DNA of 64,000 nt, from contig JARQWU010000017.1 of NCBI GenBank assembly GCA_040182905.1, positions 1 through 64,000 of the forward strand, written 5' to 3'. Every line of letters starts with the position of its first letter. Positions within the stretch are counted from its first letter, which is position 1. Both the position numbers and the translations under genes were made by a program. Positions 30,372-41,442 of this stretch are shown one piece after another. The notes beneath the pieces were generated by a model that was given only the letters and a program-made list of their open reading frames with translations, did no database searches and was not told the DNA's origin. This DNA comes from Barthelona sp. PAP020 (taxonomy: Eukaryota).

Positions 30372-33300
30372 CTACAAACCAGAATACAATTTTTGTTCTA
30401 ACCTCACTAAACCTTCTGATTGAGATTTGGTGTTGAATTTGAAATTTATTTTTGTTGCACCTGAAACATCAGCCAAATTTTCCCCAATCTGTGTTTGCAC
30501 TGTAAAATCAACTGAACCATTTGTACTAGTTTTCATTGTCGCACCACAAACATTCAAATTCATATCCATTGTAATCGAATCAACATTCAAAGCATTGTTG
30601 CTTAATACCGACAACAAAGGAAGATCTACTCTCTTGATTAAAGGAGCAACCGTTTCATTTTTAATATCTGGAACCTTTTCAGGAATTTCAAAGAAAAAAC
30701 TTAACTGTTTAGGCTCAAAACACTTAATTGTGGATAAATGCTCATGATAACCCTTATGTTTGATATAATGTTCCAATCTTCTTGCTGAAACAACGTCAAA
30801 AGTAGCTAAAATTTGGGTTAAATTAATCAATTGAGATGATCTATGTGAATCAAGCACTCCAAGATGAACAGCTGTCAATAAATTATCAAATGTATTAATG
30901 TCATGACGGAAAGCTTCATTATCTTCTTCACTATAAATTTTAGACATTTCTTTTTCATCACTATTTTTTTCAAAAATAACAAATCCATTTATGTGACCGT
31001 TAAGTAATAGATTCAAGATTAAATGAATCCAAGAACTGCAATAAATAATAAAATGGAGATAAAAATACAATAGTAACACATAATTGAAACCAGAAGTGAC
31101 TTTATAATTGAAGGTAGGGTTTTGATAGAAATCTCGTGTAATAATCATCAAGATTACAAGGATCAATTCACAAATCATTTGGAAAATGGATGTGAAAAAA
31201 ATCAAATTTTTACTTTCCAATAAGGTACTAGTAACCATGCTGAATATGCTTATAATAATAATTGCTAGTCTAAAGTAATTACTAACATAAACAAATATAT
31301 TTTCACTTGATTCAAGATAATCAAAAAAATATACAAACAATGCAAGAATCAACTTAAAAATAAATAACATCAAACCGTTGAAGTTGGTTCTTACCCCATA
31401 AACATTTCCTCCATAATCACTCCCTAAATTAGCCTTAATAATGCCAATATCCTTCACTTTAAAAAATTTAACCCCCATTAGATTCTTGCTTTCGTCGATA
31501 CAATTAACAAATTGATCACTTGGACAATTCAAACTGTATTTCTCCACATTTTGTTCGTTATTAGGGTCTGGAGAACTAATAAACTGACTACTGTTAAAAT
31601 AATAAAAGATACTAATAAATTGAACAAAAATTACAAGAAAGCTTACAATACGATCAATCTCATAATAATCTAAATCTCCAATACATACATCAACATTTGT
31701 TGGTGCTATAAAAGCACAGATTAATGCAAAGCAATTCATAGAAAAACTAAAATATTGGCAATATTTGAAGATCTTATTGTCCAAATGACGTCTACAAATA
31801 GTCTTATTAGCCACAGATTCATTTTGCTTCAAACGATCATTAATTAACGAATTTTCAGCAAATAATTCAGTAAATATATTGTTGAAACCCTTTATCAATA
31901 GACTGATATCTTCAACCTTTTCAAAAACTAATTCATCTCTCTGAACATCCAAATCTACTTTGTCAAACAATCCTTCATCATCCACATATGTTTTCCAATC
32001 AAAGATATAATCAACAAAATCATTTGTTGTATCAAAACATAAATGATTTAACAACACATCAATATTGTTAATTTTTGGTTTTACAAATCGTTTTCTTTGC
32101 TTTTTGTTGTGATTTCTTATCAAAGGTAATTTCATTTCAATTGCACTTTTAACCTTTTCACACTTCTGTTGAAGTTGTTTGTTATCTTCCAACCAATCAC
32201 AAGTGTCCACAACTGCATTGAAATTAGCATACATTTGAAGAAATAATTCCAAAAATGGCTGTTCATGTTCTTGTGTCTCCAAATCTTGACCTTTATCGCT
32301 TTGAATTCTTGTGAACTTCTCTTTATTAAACTGCTTCCATAAATCAAAATTCTTAACCTGAATATTCTTTATCTGATACAATAAATTTGCCGCAGTATTC
32401 ATCAGTTTCTGATGATTCGCTTCTTTCATTTGTGAATACTTAGTTTTAAAAGATATTAACGTCTTTAATGAAGAATTAGCATTAAACACAAGAATAATTC
32501 CATAAAGCCCAATACCACAACCAAAGAATATTCCACAATAAAAAAATAGTTTCAACGTATTGATCATTTCACATCCTTCCCTTGTTAATATGGTCTTAAC
32601 ATCAACAATACTGACAATTATCCCTGTCAAATAAAGAATACTAATCAAGTATGTTAAAGATAAATAAGATAATAAATCACTCTTAAAAGGTAATATCGCA
32701 TTAGATAAACTTTTCAAAATGCTTAATCCCCGATATATTTTTAACGTGCTGCCAAATCCAAAACAACAATGTGTGCCTAATAAATTATAAACTTTAAACG
32801 GTGGTATCTGTTTAGCTTTAGCCCCAGTAATCTCCTTATTCAACTGAACATACACACAACTTTGCTCAGAAAGTACAACTTCCTTAATTTCTCCAGTACT
32901 CTGTAATATTTGAAGCATTAGAATCTCATCGACTCCAATAAATTTCACTTCTTCTCCATGTTTTACACACTTAAACATACTAACACCCAATAAACAAGCG
33001 CTTAAAAACAAACAGATAATAACATAAGCTAAAATTAACTCATCTATAAAAAAATCAAAACTTTGAACGCTTTTGAAAATTTGAATGAAAATTTCGGCAA
33101 CATCAGAAAATAGAAAGTAATACAGAACCATAAATATCAATGAAAAGAACTCACATGCAAGTGAAAAAACAGCAAAAATAAAATAAACCCAAGAACCAAC
33201 AACAAAGCTCTTCCATTGAACAAAACCCATGTAATCACTTGAAGTTATTTTTTCTTTAATGAATAAAAACTCAGAATTCGAATCAATTCCTTGAATTTCA

Positions 33301-34469
33301 GTGAAAGACTCATCTACTTCTTCTCCTGCATCTTCTAAATATTCAGTGTACAATGTCAAAACATTTTCATCCTCTTCATTCTCTTCTTCCTCAATTTCAT
33401 CATCAGAATCATCAATAGCTTGTGTAAACCCTTTCTTTGCAAACCATAAACCACGAAAAGGTATCATTGTTCCTGTAACAACTACCAAACATATAGTAAT
33501 GCAAAACAACCCCAAATAATTAAAAATTTGGCCAAGAGAAAAAAAGTGAAACTCTGAAAGAATCTCTGTCTTTGGATCATGTAATATAGCTAAATAACAT
33601 GACATAACCGATAACAATAGTAAAACCAACCAAAAACTGAACGAAGATTTTAAAAGTGTTTTTTGATACTTTTTTAAAGGCAATTGATCTTTTTTACGAT
33701 GTGAAAACACATCAACTGGTACGATATATTCCATATCAGCTCCATTTAAATCTTGGCTCATCTCATTATCGCGCCATTTTTTCTTTTTACTGCTTGCTTG
33801 AAGATCACCCTTTTGAATTAGTTTAGGATTGTCAAAAGTCTCAAAATTGAATGATACACGCTTCGTTTGAGACGTTTCTTCAACATTAGATGGTTTAGCT
33901 GCAAAATCATCTTTAATTAATATGGAACTTTGAATATTATTTGGATTTTCCTCAACACTAGGGGTCATTTGAGTTGAAGCATCTTGAGCATCCGACGTGT
34001 CTTCAAAATTGCTGTTTTCAGAATTAAATTGAAAATAACCATCAAAATTGGAATCATTGACCATATTTCTCATGTCAAAAGAATCTGTATCAAGTTCATC
34101 TGAACTAGACTTTATTGAGAGATCTTGATTTTCAGGTGGCTCTTCATTTTCAACATTTTCATTTCGATTCTGTGATGATGAAGTTGATCGAATCTGATTT
34201 TGACCATTTGATGATTGCGGTGATGATTGTAGCATGGGTTGAGAACGAGGAATTTCCTCTTCTTCAACCACATCTTCAACATTCGAATTATTATTATTTG
34301 AATTCAACGATTCTTGTTGAGATAAATCTACATTGTGGAAATTGTGTCTAACATCAAATCTTCTTCCATTATCTCTTTCATCAACATTATTCTCATTTAA
34401 ATCTTCAATTTCAGGCTCATCATCATGCTGAATTCCATTATCTAAATTGTCATTTGAATGATTAGGCAT
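30372..34469 (-). CDS. Large multi-pass membrane protein of unknown family (1365 aa)
   Basis: Disordered N-terminus, then more than ten hydrophobic helices in two clusters separated by a soluble coiled region. Confidence 0.75.
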   Translation of the reverse strand: MPNHSNDNLDNGIQHDDEPEIEDLNENNVDERDNGRRFDVRHNFHNVDLSQQESLNSNNNNSNVEDVVEEEEIPRSQPMLQSSPQSSNGQNQIRSTSSSQNRNENVENEEPPENQDLSIKSSSDELDTDSFDMRNMVNDSNFDGYFQFNSENSNFEDTSDAQDASTQMTPSVEENPNNIQSSILIKDDFAAKPSNVEETSQTKRVSFNFETFDNPKLIQKGDLQASSKKKKWRDNEMSQDLNGADMEYIVPVDVFSHRKKDQLPLKKYQKTLLKSSFSFWLVLLLLSVMSCYLAILHDPKTEILSEFHFFSLGQIFNYLGLFCITICLVVVTGTMIPFRGLWFAKKGFTQAIDDSDDEIEEEENEEDENVLTLYTEYLEDAGEEVDESFTEIQGIDSNSEFLFIKEKITSSDYMGFVQWKSFVVGSWVYFIFAVFSLACEFFSLIFMVLYYFLFSDVAEIFIQIFKSVQSFDFFIDELILAYVIICLFLSACLLGVSMFKCVKHGEEVKFIGVDEILMLQILQSTGEIKEVVLSEQSCVYVQLNKEITGAKAKQIPPFKVYNLLGTHCCFGFGSTLKIYRGLSILKSLSNAILPFKSDLLSYLSLTYLISILYLTGIIVSIVDVKTILTREGCEMINTLKLFFYCGIFFGCGIGLYGIILVFNANSSLKTLISFKTKYSQMKEANHQKLMNTAANLLYQIKNIQVKNFDLWKQFNKEKFTRIQSDKGQDLETQEHEQPFLELFLQMYANFNAVVDTCDWLEDNKQLQQKCEKVKSAIEMKLPLIRNHNKKQRKRFVKPKINNIDVLLNHLCFDTTNDFVDYIFDWKTYVDDEGLFDKVDLDVQRDELVFEKVEDISLLIKGFNNIFTELFAENSLINDRLKQNESVANKTICRRHLDNKIFKYCQYFSFSMNCFALICAFIAPTNVDVCIGDLDYYEIDRIVSFLVIFVQFISIFYYFNSSQFISSPDPNNEQNVEKYSLNCPSDQFVNCIDESKNLMGVKFFKVKDIGIIKANLGSDYGGNVYGVRTNFNGLMLFIFKLILALFVYFFDYLESSENIFVYVSNYFRLAIIIISIFSMVTSTLLESKNLIFFTSIFQMICELILVILMIITRDFYQNPTFNYKVTSGFNYVLLLYFYLHFIIYCSSWIHLILNLLLNGHINGFVIFEKNSDEKEMSKIYSEEDNEAFRHDINTFDNLLTAVHLGVLDSHRSSQLINLTQILATFDVVSARRLEHYIKHKGYHEHLSTIKCFEPKQLSFFFEIPEKVPDIKNETVAPLIKRVDLPLLSVLSNNALNVDSITMDMNLNVCGATMKTSTNGSVDFTVQTQIGENLADVSGATKINFKFNTKSQSEGLVRLEQKLYSGL

Positions 34470-34655
34470 GATAAAATGGAATAAGATTTTTGTTTTGGGA
34501 TAAATTTTTTTATTTGTTCAAGTTAAGTTTTTTAATAGTATTTAATTATTGACAGAACATAATTGTATTGAACACCTGAATATATCAATAAAAGACAATT
34601 CTTGTTTTATTTAATTCTTTTTGGTTTAAATTGATGCTCAACCTTTAATAATTTT

Positions 34656-36372
34656 ATGAAAAGAAAAGAAGAGATTTTTGATATTCTACGAAAAGCATAT
34701 CAAACATTGGAACAATTGAATGCTGTTGCGGTTCATGGAAAAGAAGAGGATATTATTATACTCATTAAAAATCAACTTAATATTGGAGAAATGTTGATTG
34801 ATTTGATAAAAGTTATAAATATTGAAATCATTAATGTGAATGAAGGGGATGAAAGGATTAAATTTTTTGATATTGCCATTGAAATTGCATTTTATTGTTT
34901 TTCTATATTACATCCATCATCATTAAATAGATATATTGAGTTGATTGACAATATTTATTCATTTCAATCGCAATTGCAAATTGTTTGTTCACAACTGATT
35001 TTTAATTGCATTCATCTTTTCAATTTAATACTTGGAACACATCCAAATATTGATGTAAACTTTGCTATGATAAATGCTGTAGTTATTACAAATAGCATGT
35101 TTTCAATGGGACGAATCAGAGTTATTTTATCTTTATATCATCTTATTTCAGCAGATCAAGCATTTTTTGAAATTAACGTTGATGAGTTATTTCAGAAATT
35201 ATTGATACAATGTTTCTTTTGTTGTTATTTGGTTTCTTTTGATTTTCATGATTTTGAACTTGACAATGTTTGGACTAAGTTACTTTTAGAGGATGAAAAT
35301 GTAAAAGATCAGCTAGATGAGCAGTTTTTAAATTTTTTGAATGATATCCAAAGGGGTTGTGTTGAAGAGCTACTTCCAGTGATTCCAGATACTATTTCAT
35401 TACCTGACGAGTTATTTGAAGACGATAATTTGTGTGAAGACGATCAGAATACAACGTTTCATAGTGCAGGTTTGGATTTAAAAAGAATACTAGCTTTGTA
35501 TGTGCCTAAAGATCAAATGATTGCATCAAAGGAAATTCAAGTGAATGAATTAAATGTAGAAGACAGTTATTTGGAGTTTTTTCAAAATATTGATAATTCT
35601 TATAGTTCATTAAATTCAAGTTCTTTGAATGAAGCATTAGAGAAACTTCCGATAAAAAAAGACAAACAAAATGTTGTTTTACCATTTTCTAAATATGTTA
35701 CTTTGATGTGTTGTTTAACTTCTTCACTTACTGATTTTAAGTGGTTTAATATTGTTTTAAATCCTCTAAAAGATGATTTTTCAAAGATAACAATTCAATG
35801 GTATTTGGAAAAAATTAAAGAGAGAATTGGGAATGAAATTACTGTGGAACTTAGTGATTTAATATTTCCTACAACAAAATTGGATATAATTGATGGTAAA
35901 CAACGTGTATTTATATTTCCTTGTTGTTATAAACCATTTGATGAAGAATTTCATGTGTATTTTGAGCAACAACATCCACTTCTTGTATATTTTGATACTT
36001 TTGATATCAAAATTCCAGAAAAAACACCAAAGATCTTTTATGAATTGGCAAAACCACCTTTACCAGAGTATCCTGAGCATTTATGCAAATTAACCTTTGA
36101 TAATGATTGTAACGTTATTAAGATTGATATTTTGAGTCAATTAAATGCTTCTATTGAATATTTACAAATGTTTTTGACAAATATTGAATTGTTCAATAAT
36201 AAAATTTGGACTAAATTTTTATNNNNNNNNNNTTGTTCTGAAACAACTACTGACTGGCTTTGCCGTTCCAGAAGTAGGCAGAATGGAACTGGAAAAGTTA
36301 AAGAGAATCGAAGAAAAAGCATTGAAGTTATCTGTACAGCAAGAATTAACACAGAATAAAAATGAATATTGA
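34656..36372 (+). CDS. Hypothetical protein spanning an assembly gap
   Basis: Long ORF up to the N-run. After the gap the frame VLKQLLTGFAVPEVGRMELEKLKRIEEKALK (stop 36372) looks more protein-like than the track's frame (stop 36359). Confidence 0.6.
36223..36232. other. Assembly gap (10 N)
   Basis: Run of n characters; true length unknown. Confidence 1.
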
Positions 36373-36465
36373 AATGAATATTGATTTCTTGATTGTTCTA
36401 TCACCAATAATTTGATATATACTGAAACAATAAAACTGTGTAGTCTTTTTTATTTAAATTAAAAA

Positions 36466-37503
36466 TCATGCATTTTTTGCTGATTTTTCATGAGCACTAA
36501 GCCTTTTGTCTTTTTCAATCTTTGTCATGTATGAATCCCATAAAATTCCAATAAATACCAAAGAAACACCAAACCATTGAACATATTTTACGGGGTGTTT
36601 GTGAACAACAACAGATAACAACATATTGAAGAATTTTCTTGTTGTGGTAATCATTGTGAGAGTCAAATTACCGAATCTGGTCATTACCAAATATATGAAT
36701 TGTTGGCCAACTGTGGACAATAAACTGAACATCAAGATGTGTTTGAAACATGTTGGATTGCGGGTTAAAAATGACACTGCTGGAAGAAATTTGTTAAAGC
36801 CTACTTGTAACACTAAAAGATAGATAAAAATGAAGAAATTATTCCAAAAGATCATGTCTTCTTTAGAAGGTGAATATTCCTTGCGAATTTTGTCTTGAAT
36901 ACCACTAGTTAAGCCGTCACTTATTAAAGAAATAAATAATAACAATAATCCAACTACATTGTAGTTTAATTCAACATTTTGCATGTTCTTTTTGAACAAT
37001 ACAAACACACTTAAACCTATACTTATCATTATGCAACAAATATACTTTCTCAAAGGGTATTTTTGTTTGAAAAACAAAACACCAACAAATAAGACAGGAA
37101 GCAGTTTACAACTCTTTGCCAATACTTGAGTTGGATAATCAATGTGTTGTAATGCTGAATTTGAACTCAACATTGATACACAAACAAAAAATCCAATGAT
37201 CATAAAGTTCTTTTTTTCAATTTTTGATTTTAACACGTTATTTTTCTTATTTTTTGAAATTAATTGTTGTATCAAGATGAATCCACCACTGAAAAAAGAT
37301 TGAATCCAAACAACAAACATCGTAAAAGTAAATTGTTCACTTTCCTCACCAAATTTAGTTTTAAATATTAATTCTTGAATTAAACCGAAATATAAATAAC
37401 ATGAATAAATGCCAATAATACCAATGAACAATATTAAATAATCTTTGTAATGTTCTTCTTTTTTCGATAAATTATTGTCTTTCAATAAACGTACCAGTAA
37501 CAT
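36466..37503 (-). CDS. SLC35B1: UAA-family transporter SLC35B1/HUT1-like
   Basis: FGLIQE, ALQHIDYPTQVLAKSCKLLPV, DGLTSGIQD, GQQFIY, TTTRKFF. Confidence 0.88.
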   Translation of the reverse strand: MLLVRLLKDNNLSKKEEHYKDYLILFIGIIGIYSCYLYFGLIQELIFKTKFGEESEQFTFTMFVVWIQSFFSGGFILIQQLISKNKKNNVLKSKIEKKNFMIIGFFVCVSMLSSNSALQHIDYPTQVLAKSCKLLPVLFVGVLFFKQKYPLRKYICCIMISIGLSVFVLFKKNMQNVELNYNVVGLLLLFISLISDGLTSGIQDKIRKEYSPSKEDMIFWNNFFIFIYLLVLQVGFNKFLPAVSFLTRNPTCFKHILMFSLLSTVGQQFIYLVMTRFGNLTLTMITTTRKFFNMLLSVVVHKHPVKYVQWFGVSLVFIGILWDSYMTKIEKDKRLSAHEKSAKNA

Positions 37504-37761
37504 TGTATCAGTCAAAAAAAAAATTAGAGAAAAAAAATAATTTAGAGAATTGTCATTTAACATGTGATGGAAAAACTCTTTATTTCAATTCTGTTTTGTT
37601 TCCTTCTTGTTATACCTTTTAAACACATATTATTCCCTTTGTATGAATGAATTCAATCAGTTTCATGAAATAAATTATTTTGTGACAACAAGCAAAAGAG
37701 ATTATGAAAAAAGGAACAACAAAATGTTTGTTAATGTTTATATAAATTATTTTGAGGAGTA

Positions 37762-40700
37762 TTACAATTCAAATTCAAAGTTAAACTTATTTGCAATTTC
37801 TTTAACATTTAAAAGACTTTTTGATAAATAATGATCATCTTTATGATGTTTATCAATTAAATTAATAACAAATGAATAAGTTTCCTTAAATATTACAAAG
37901 TTCGGAATTTTTTCAGATAATATAATAGGTCCAAAACAATAGAACCAATAAAAGACGACCCCAAAGAAAGCCTTTGAATTTCTCAATTTATGACTTATTG
38001 CTGACTTGAAATATTTCAAAATTTCAGGCAATGGACCTTGAAAAATATTGAAACATTCCAATTGCAAATCTGCAAGGTCACACCCTTTGATTTCTTGAAT
38101 GTTTTCATGGATTTTTTTCAATCGAACAATTTCTAACTCTCTGAAGTCAGTATTCTTCAGCTCAAACAAATATTCACAAATTGATTTAACGAGACCTCGT
38201 TTAAATAACTTCAAAACCAAAGCGATAACATCAGGATTGTCAGTAGCTTGCAAAAGGATATGACATAAAGCTAAAGCCAATTTACTTTTTTCATACAATG
38301 TTGTATCTGTATAAGAGATAATTTCTTTGATGTGATGTAGGCTAAGGATATTGATTGATTTAATAATACGTTCAGACAATTGAGGCACTTGAACTGGGAT
38401 ATATCTTAGAAGATAAACAAAATCTTCTGGGAAATTAGTATATAATGGGACAAAAATGTTAGCAAAATCATTAAATTTCGCTGGATTCTTCAAATAAAGG
38501 TTTGTAAAGATATTTAGATGAGGTCTTGTTAAAAAACATGTCGAAGAGTCAACATCAACATCATAGAATTCTTTTGGATCAGAATTTAATAAAACTAGCA
38601 ATAAAAAAGTCATCGAAGCAGATTTCCCCTCATTGCTAAACAAATAATCAGTCAAATACATAAAACTATCAACAAATTCCGATTTTTTTAAAAATTTTGA
38701 ACGAAAGAATTCATAAAACTCATTCACTTCAAATAAGATAGGAAACTTACCAATGTATTTTCCAAACAATTTGTAACAACGGAAATGTATCGTTAATTCC
38801 ATCAATTCAATAATATTATCTCTATGAGTCTTTAGTAATAAATTACGATCATTCTTTAAATTATATACTTCTAATGAACTTTCCAGGAAATTCCAGAGTG
38901 TCTCTAGGATTTTCCAAATTGGTTTAAGATTATCTTCCTTTAACAATCTTTGTTTGCCTTTTTTTAAATGACCAACAGAATATTTAATTAATTCAAAATT
39001 CAAAACAGGTGTGTATAAAACTGGAAGAACATTTTTACGCTTCATCTTATTAACATTACAAAAGCTCAATATATATTTGGATTTTTTATTAATAATAACG
39101 TTATTTGCTGGCTGTAAAGGTTGATTGATTATCCATTTTCCATTCAAATAGATACATAAGCAATTATCAACAAACTCAATCTCCAGATGTTGATAAACGT
39201 TTTTATTTAATTTGAATATGTAAAAATCTTCAGCTGAAGGACAACGGATATAAAATTGTCCCATCAAAAAGCCACTTGCATCAATGAATACATCAATAAG
39301 AGAAAATTGAAAATGAGGGTCGTCTAGTTGAAAAATGACATCTATCTGTGGAATAAATATAATATCAATTAAATCAGTGGCATCACATACATTATTGTTA
39401 CGTTCAGGCAATATGTAATTTTTGCTAGTTATGATGGAATAATCAATCAAATAATTAACATTAATTTTGGCCTTAGAATTTATATTGCCAGTTTCTCTAT
39501 CCCTATTAATCGATAAATTCATTATTGTTCCATGTAAGACACGATAGATGTCGAATAATTGCTTAACTTTTTTCTCATTCTTTAAATACTTTGTGGCTTC
39601 AACCATATCTGTTGAAGAAGTTCCAATGGCATCAAAATAATAGATAATTATCAATTGCATAAAAACATTATCAAATTCTCCAATGTCTGATTGTAATTGA
39701 TCTTCTTTGAAACATTCTAACAGCTCAATAACAATAGTTTCCCTTTGAAATTGCTGTGAGACATTAACTTTTGGAATATAACTAATCATTGTGTTCAACA
39801 ATCTGAATGGTTTCATAATTGAATCAAACAAATCAAATGCATCATCCATTGGAGTAAGGTTAAACAACGTGCTTATTTGTTCAAAACAGTTTCTTTTCAA
39901 AGGCCATATGTAGTCTAATGCCCAAAATCCTAAACATAACAAACATACTTTTTTTTCTTCTGTTGTTAAAGGTATCTGTTTAATAATATGCAAATAATTT
40001 TTGAAAGAAATTTGACGAGTATCAACAAAATAAAAAACAAAAGTTTGTAGAATTATTTGTTGAAAAGTTTTAGGCGTTAGATAATGTACATTAAAGTTTC
40101 TGATAATGTTCTCTACATGATCACATTCCTCGTGATTTATACATCTGTAAAAGTATAATTTTAACAGCCAAAACTTAGTCATGTCCCAAACAAATTCCTC
40201 TTCATTATTCTTTAAATTATTTGTAAGTACAGCAGAATTAGTGTTGGCACTGGATATTGTAGTTGTAGCGATATGCTGTAAATCAATATCACTGATAATT
40301 AATAACAGACAAATGTAGGAATTTTTTAATAATTGTAAAGGAGGTATCGAAATATTGATTATGTTTTTGATTATGCTTTCTCCAGCAAAACATTCGTATA
40401 TTGCCAATACAAACGCTTCACTATATTTAACATGATGTTCATAAACAAACCTCAATATTCTCTTTATCATCTCTTTATCTTCTTCCAATCTTCTATTGTC
40501 ATAAGTTTCTAAGAAATAAGTCGCAAATTTTTCAGGTTTGAAATTTAAATCATCGTTATATTTCCTTAAAACATAGTCAAAACATTTAAAACTTTTAAAA
40601 CTTCCATCAAACATAATTTCACCCTTCAAAAATAAAATGATCTTGTGATAAGTTTGATAATCTCTTGGAATCCGCTCAAATAGTAAAGGTAACAATGTTA

Positions 40701-41226
40701 AATTAATTTTATCAATTAGGTCATTGCCAATAAGCTGAAATGAATCACCAAAATTAAAATACAATAAATAAATAACACAGTTAAATAGAGATTGTTGTAT
40801 TGTTTCAAAAACTCTTAAAGAATGCTTGATTACTTCAGGCGTCATAACCACATCAATAATAATAGGTATACATGTGTGTTGATGCTGATACAATAATAAA
40901 GAATTTGTTAATTCAACAAAAATATTGAAAAAATCAATAATATACTGATTTTCCAACTTTTCTAATAATTCAACTAAATAACTCAGCTCAAATCTTTGAA
41001 TGGAAATTAGCCCAAAGATAAATATCCAATACCTTGAATCAAAAGAATCGGAATCAAATGTTACGGATTTAGTCTGTATCAGTTGTTCATTATTTAATTG
41101 TATTGCTCTATGTAATAATGGTGTTAAATTTTCTACAGTTAAATTATCATCAAAAGTTGTCTTTTCTTTAATATTATTAATAGTTATATTAAATAAATCA
41201 GAAAACGTTATTTCTTCAATTTTCAT
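37762..41226 (-). CDS. Large hypothetical protein (~1150 aa)
   Basis: Long uninterrupted ORF, mostly helical-looking with a central beta-rich stretch; no family recognised. Confidence 0.7.
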   Translation of the reverse strand: MKIEEITFSDLFNITINNIKEKTTFDDNLTVENLTPLLHRAIQLNNEQLIQTKSVTFDSDSFDSRYWIFIFGLISIQRFELSYLVELLEKLENQYIIDFFNIFVELTNSLLLYQHQHTCIPIIIDVVMTPEVIKHSLRVFETIQQSLFNCVIYLLYFNFGDSFQLIGNDLIDKINLTLLPLLFERIPRDYQTYHKIILFLKGEIMFDGSFKSFKCFDYVLRKYNDDLNFKPEKFATYFLETYDNRRLEEDKEMIKRILRFVYEHHVKYSEAFVLAIYECFAGESIIKNIINISIPPLQLLKNSYICLLLIISDIDLQHIATTTISSANTNSAVLTNNLKNNEEEFVWDMTKFWLLKLYFYRCINHEECDHVENIIRNFNVHYLTPKTFQQIILQTFVFYFVDTRQISFKNYLHIIKQIPLTTEEKKVCLLCLGFWALDYIWPLKRNCFEQISTLFNLTPMDDAFDLFDSIMKPFRLLNTMISYIPKVNVSQQFQRETIVIELLECFKEDQLQSDIGEFDNVFMQLIIIYYFDAIGTSSTDMVEATKYLKNEKKVKQLFDIYRVLHGTIMNLSINRDRETGNINSKAKINVNYLIDYSIITSKNYILPERNNNVCDATDLIDIIFIPQIDVIFQLDDPHFQFSLIDVFIDASGFLMGQFYIRCPSAEDFYIFKLNKNVYQHLEIEFVDNCLCIYLNGKWIINQPLQPANNVIINKKSKYILSFCNVNKMKRKNVLPVLYTPVLNFELIKYSVGHLKKGKQRLLKEDNLKPIWKILETLWNFLESSLEVYNLKNDRNLLLKTHRDNIIELMELTIHFRCYKLFGKYIGKFPILFEVNEFYEFFRSKFLKKSEFVDSFMYLTDYLFSNEGKSASMTFLLLVLLNSDPKEFYDVDVDSSTCFLTRPHLNIFTNLYLKNPAKFNDFANIFVPLYTNFPEDFVYLLRYIPVQVPQLSERIIKSINILSLHHIKEIISYTDTTLYEKSKLALALCHILLQATDNPDVIALVLKLFKRGLVKSICEYLFELKNTDFRELEIVRLKKIHENIQEIKGCDLADLQLECFNIFQGPLPEILKYFKSAISHKLRNSKAFFGVVFYWFYCFGPIILSEKIPNFVIFKETYSFVINLIDKHHKDDHYLSKSLLNVKEIANKFNFEFEL

Positions 41227-41442
41227 TTCAAATATTATATCATTAATTTGATTTAACAAAAAAAAAAAAAAGGTCCCTTCTGATTCTAGCTTGAATCAAT
41301 AAAATATTTGAATTGAGCTTAAAAATATATATTTATTAACTTATTATTTATCATCTAAACAAGCAGGAACTTTTGAAAGCAGTTTAAATTATTTTCTGTT
41401 TTGAAAAAAAAAAACTGCCTGCATGATAAAAACTTCAAAGAA

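Noticed and set aside
36184..36372. Apparent frameshift in the 34656 gene
   Set aside because: It coincides with a 10-N assembly gap of arbitrary length.
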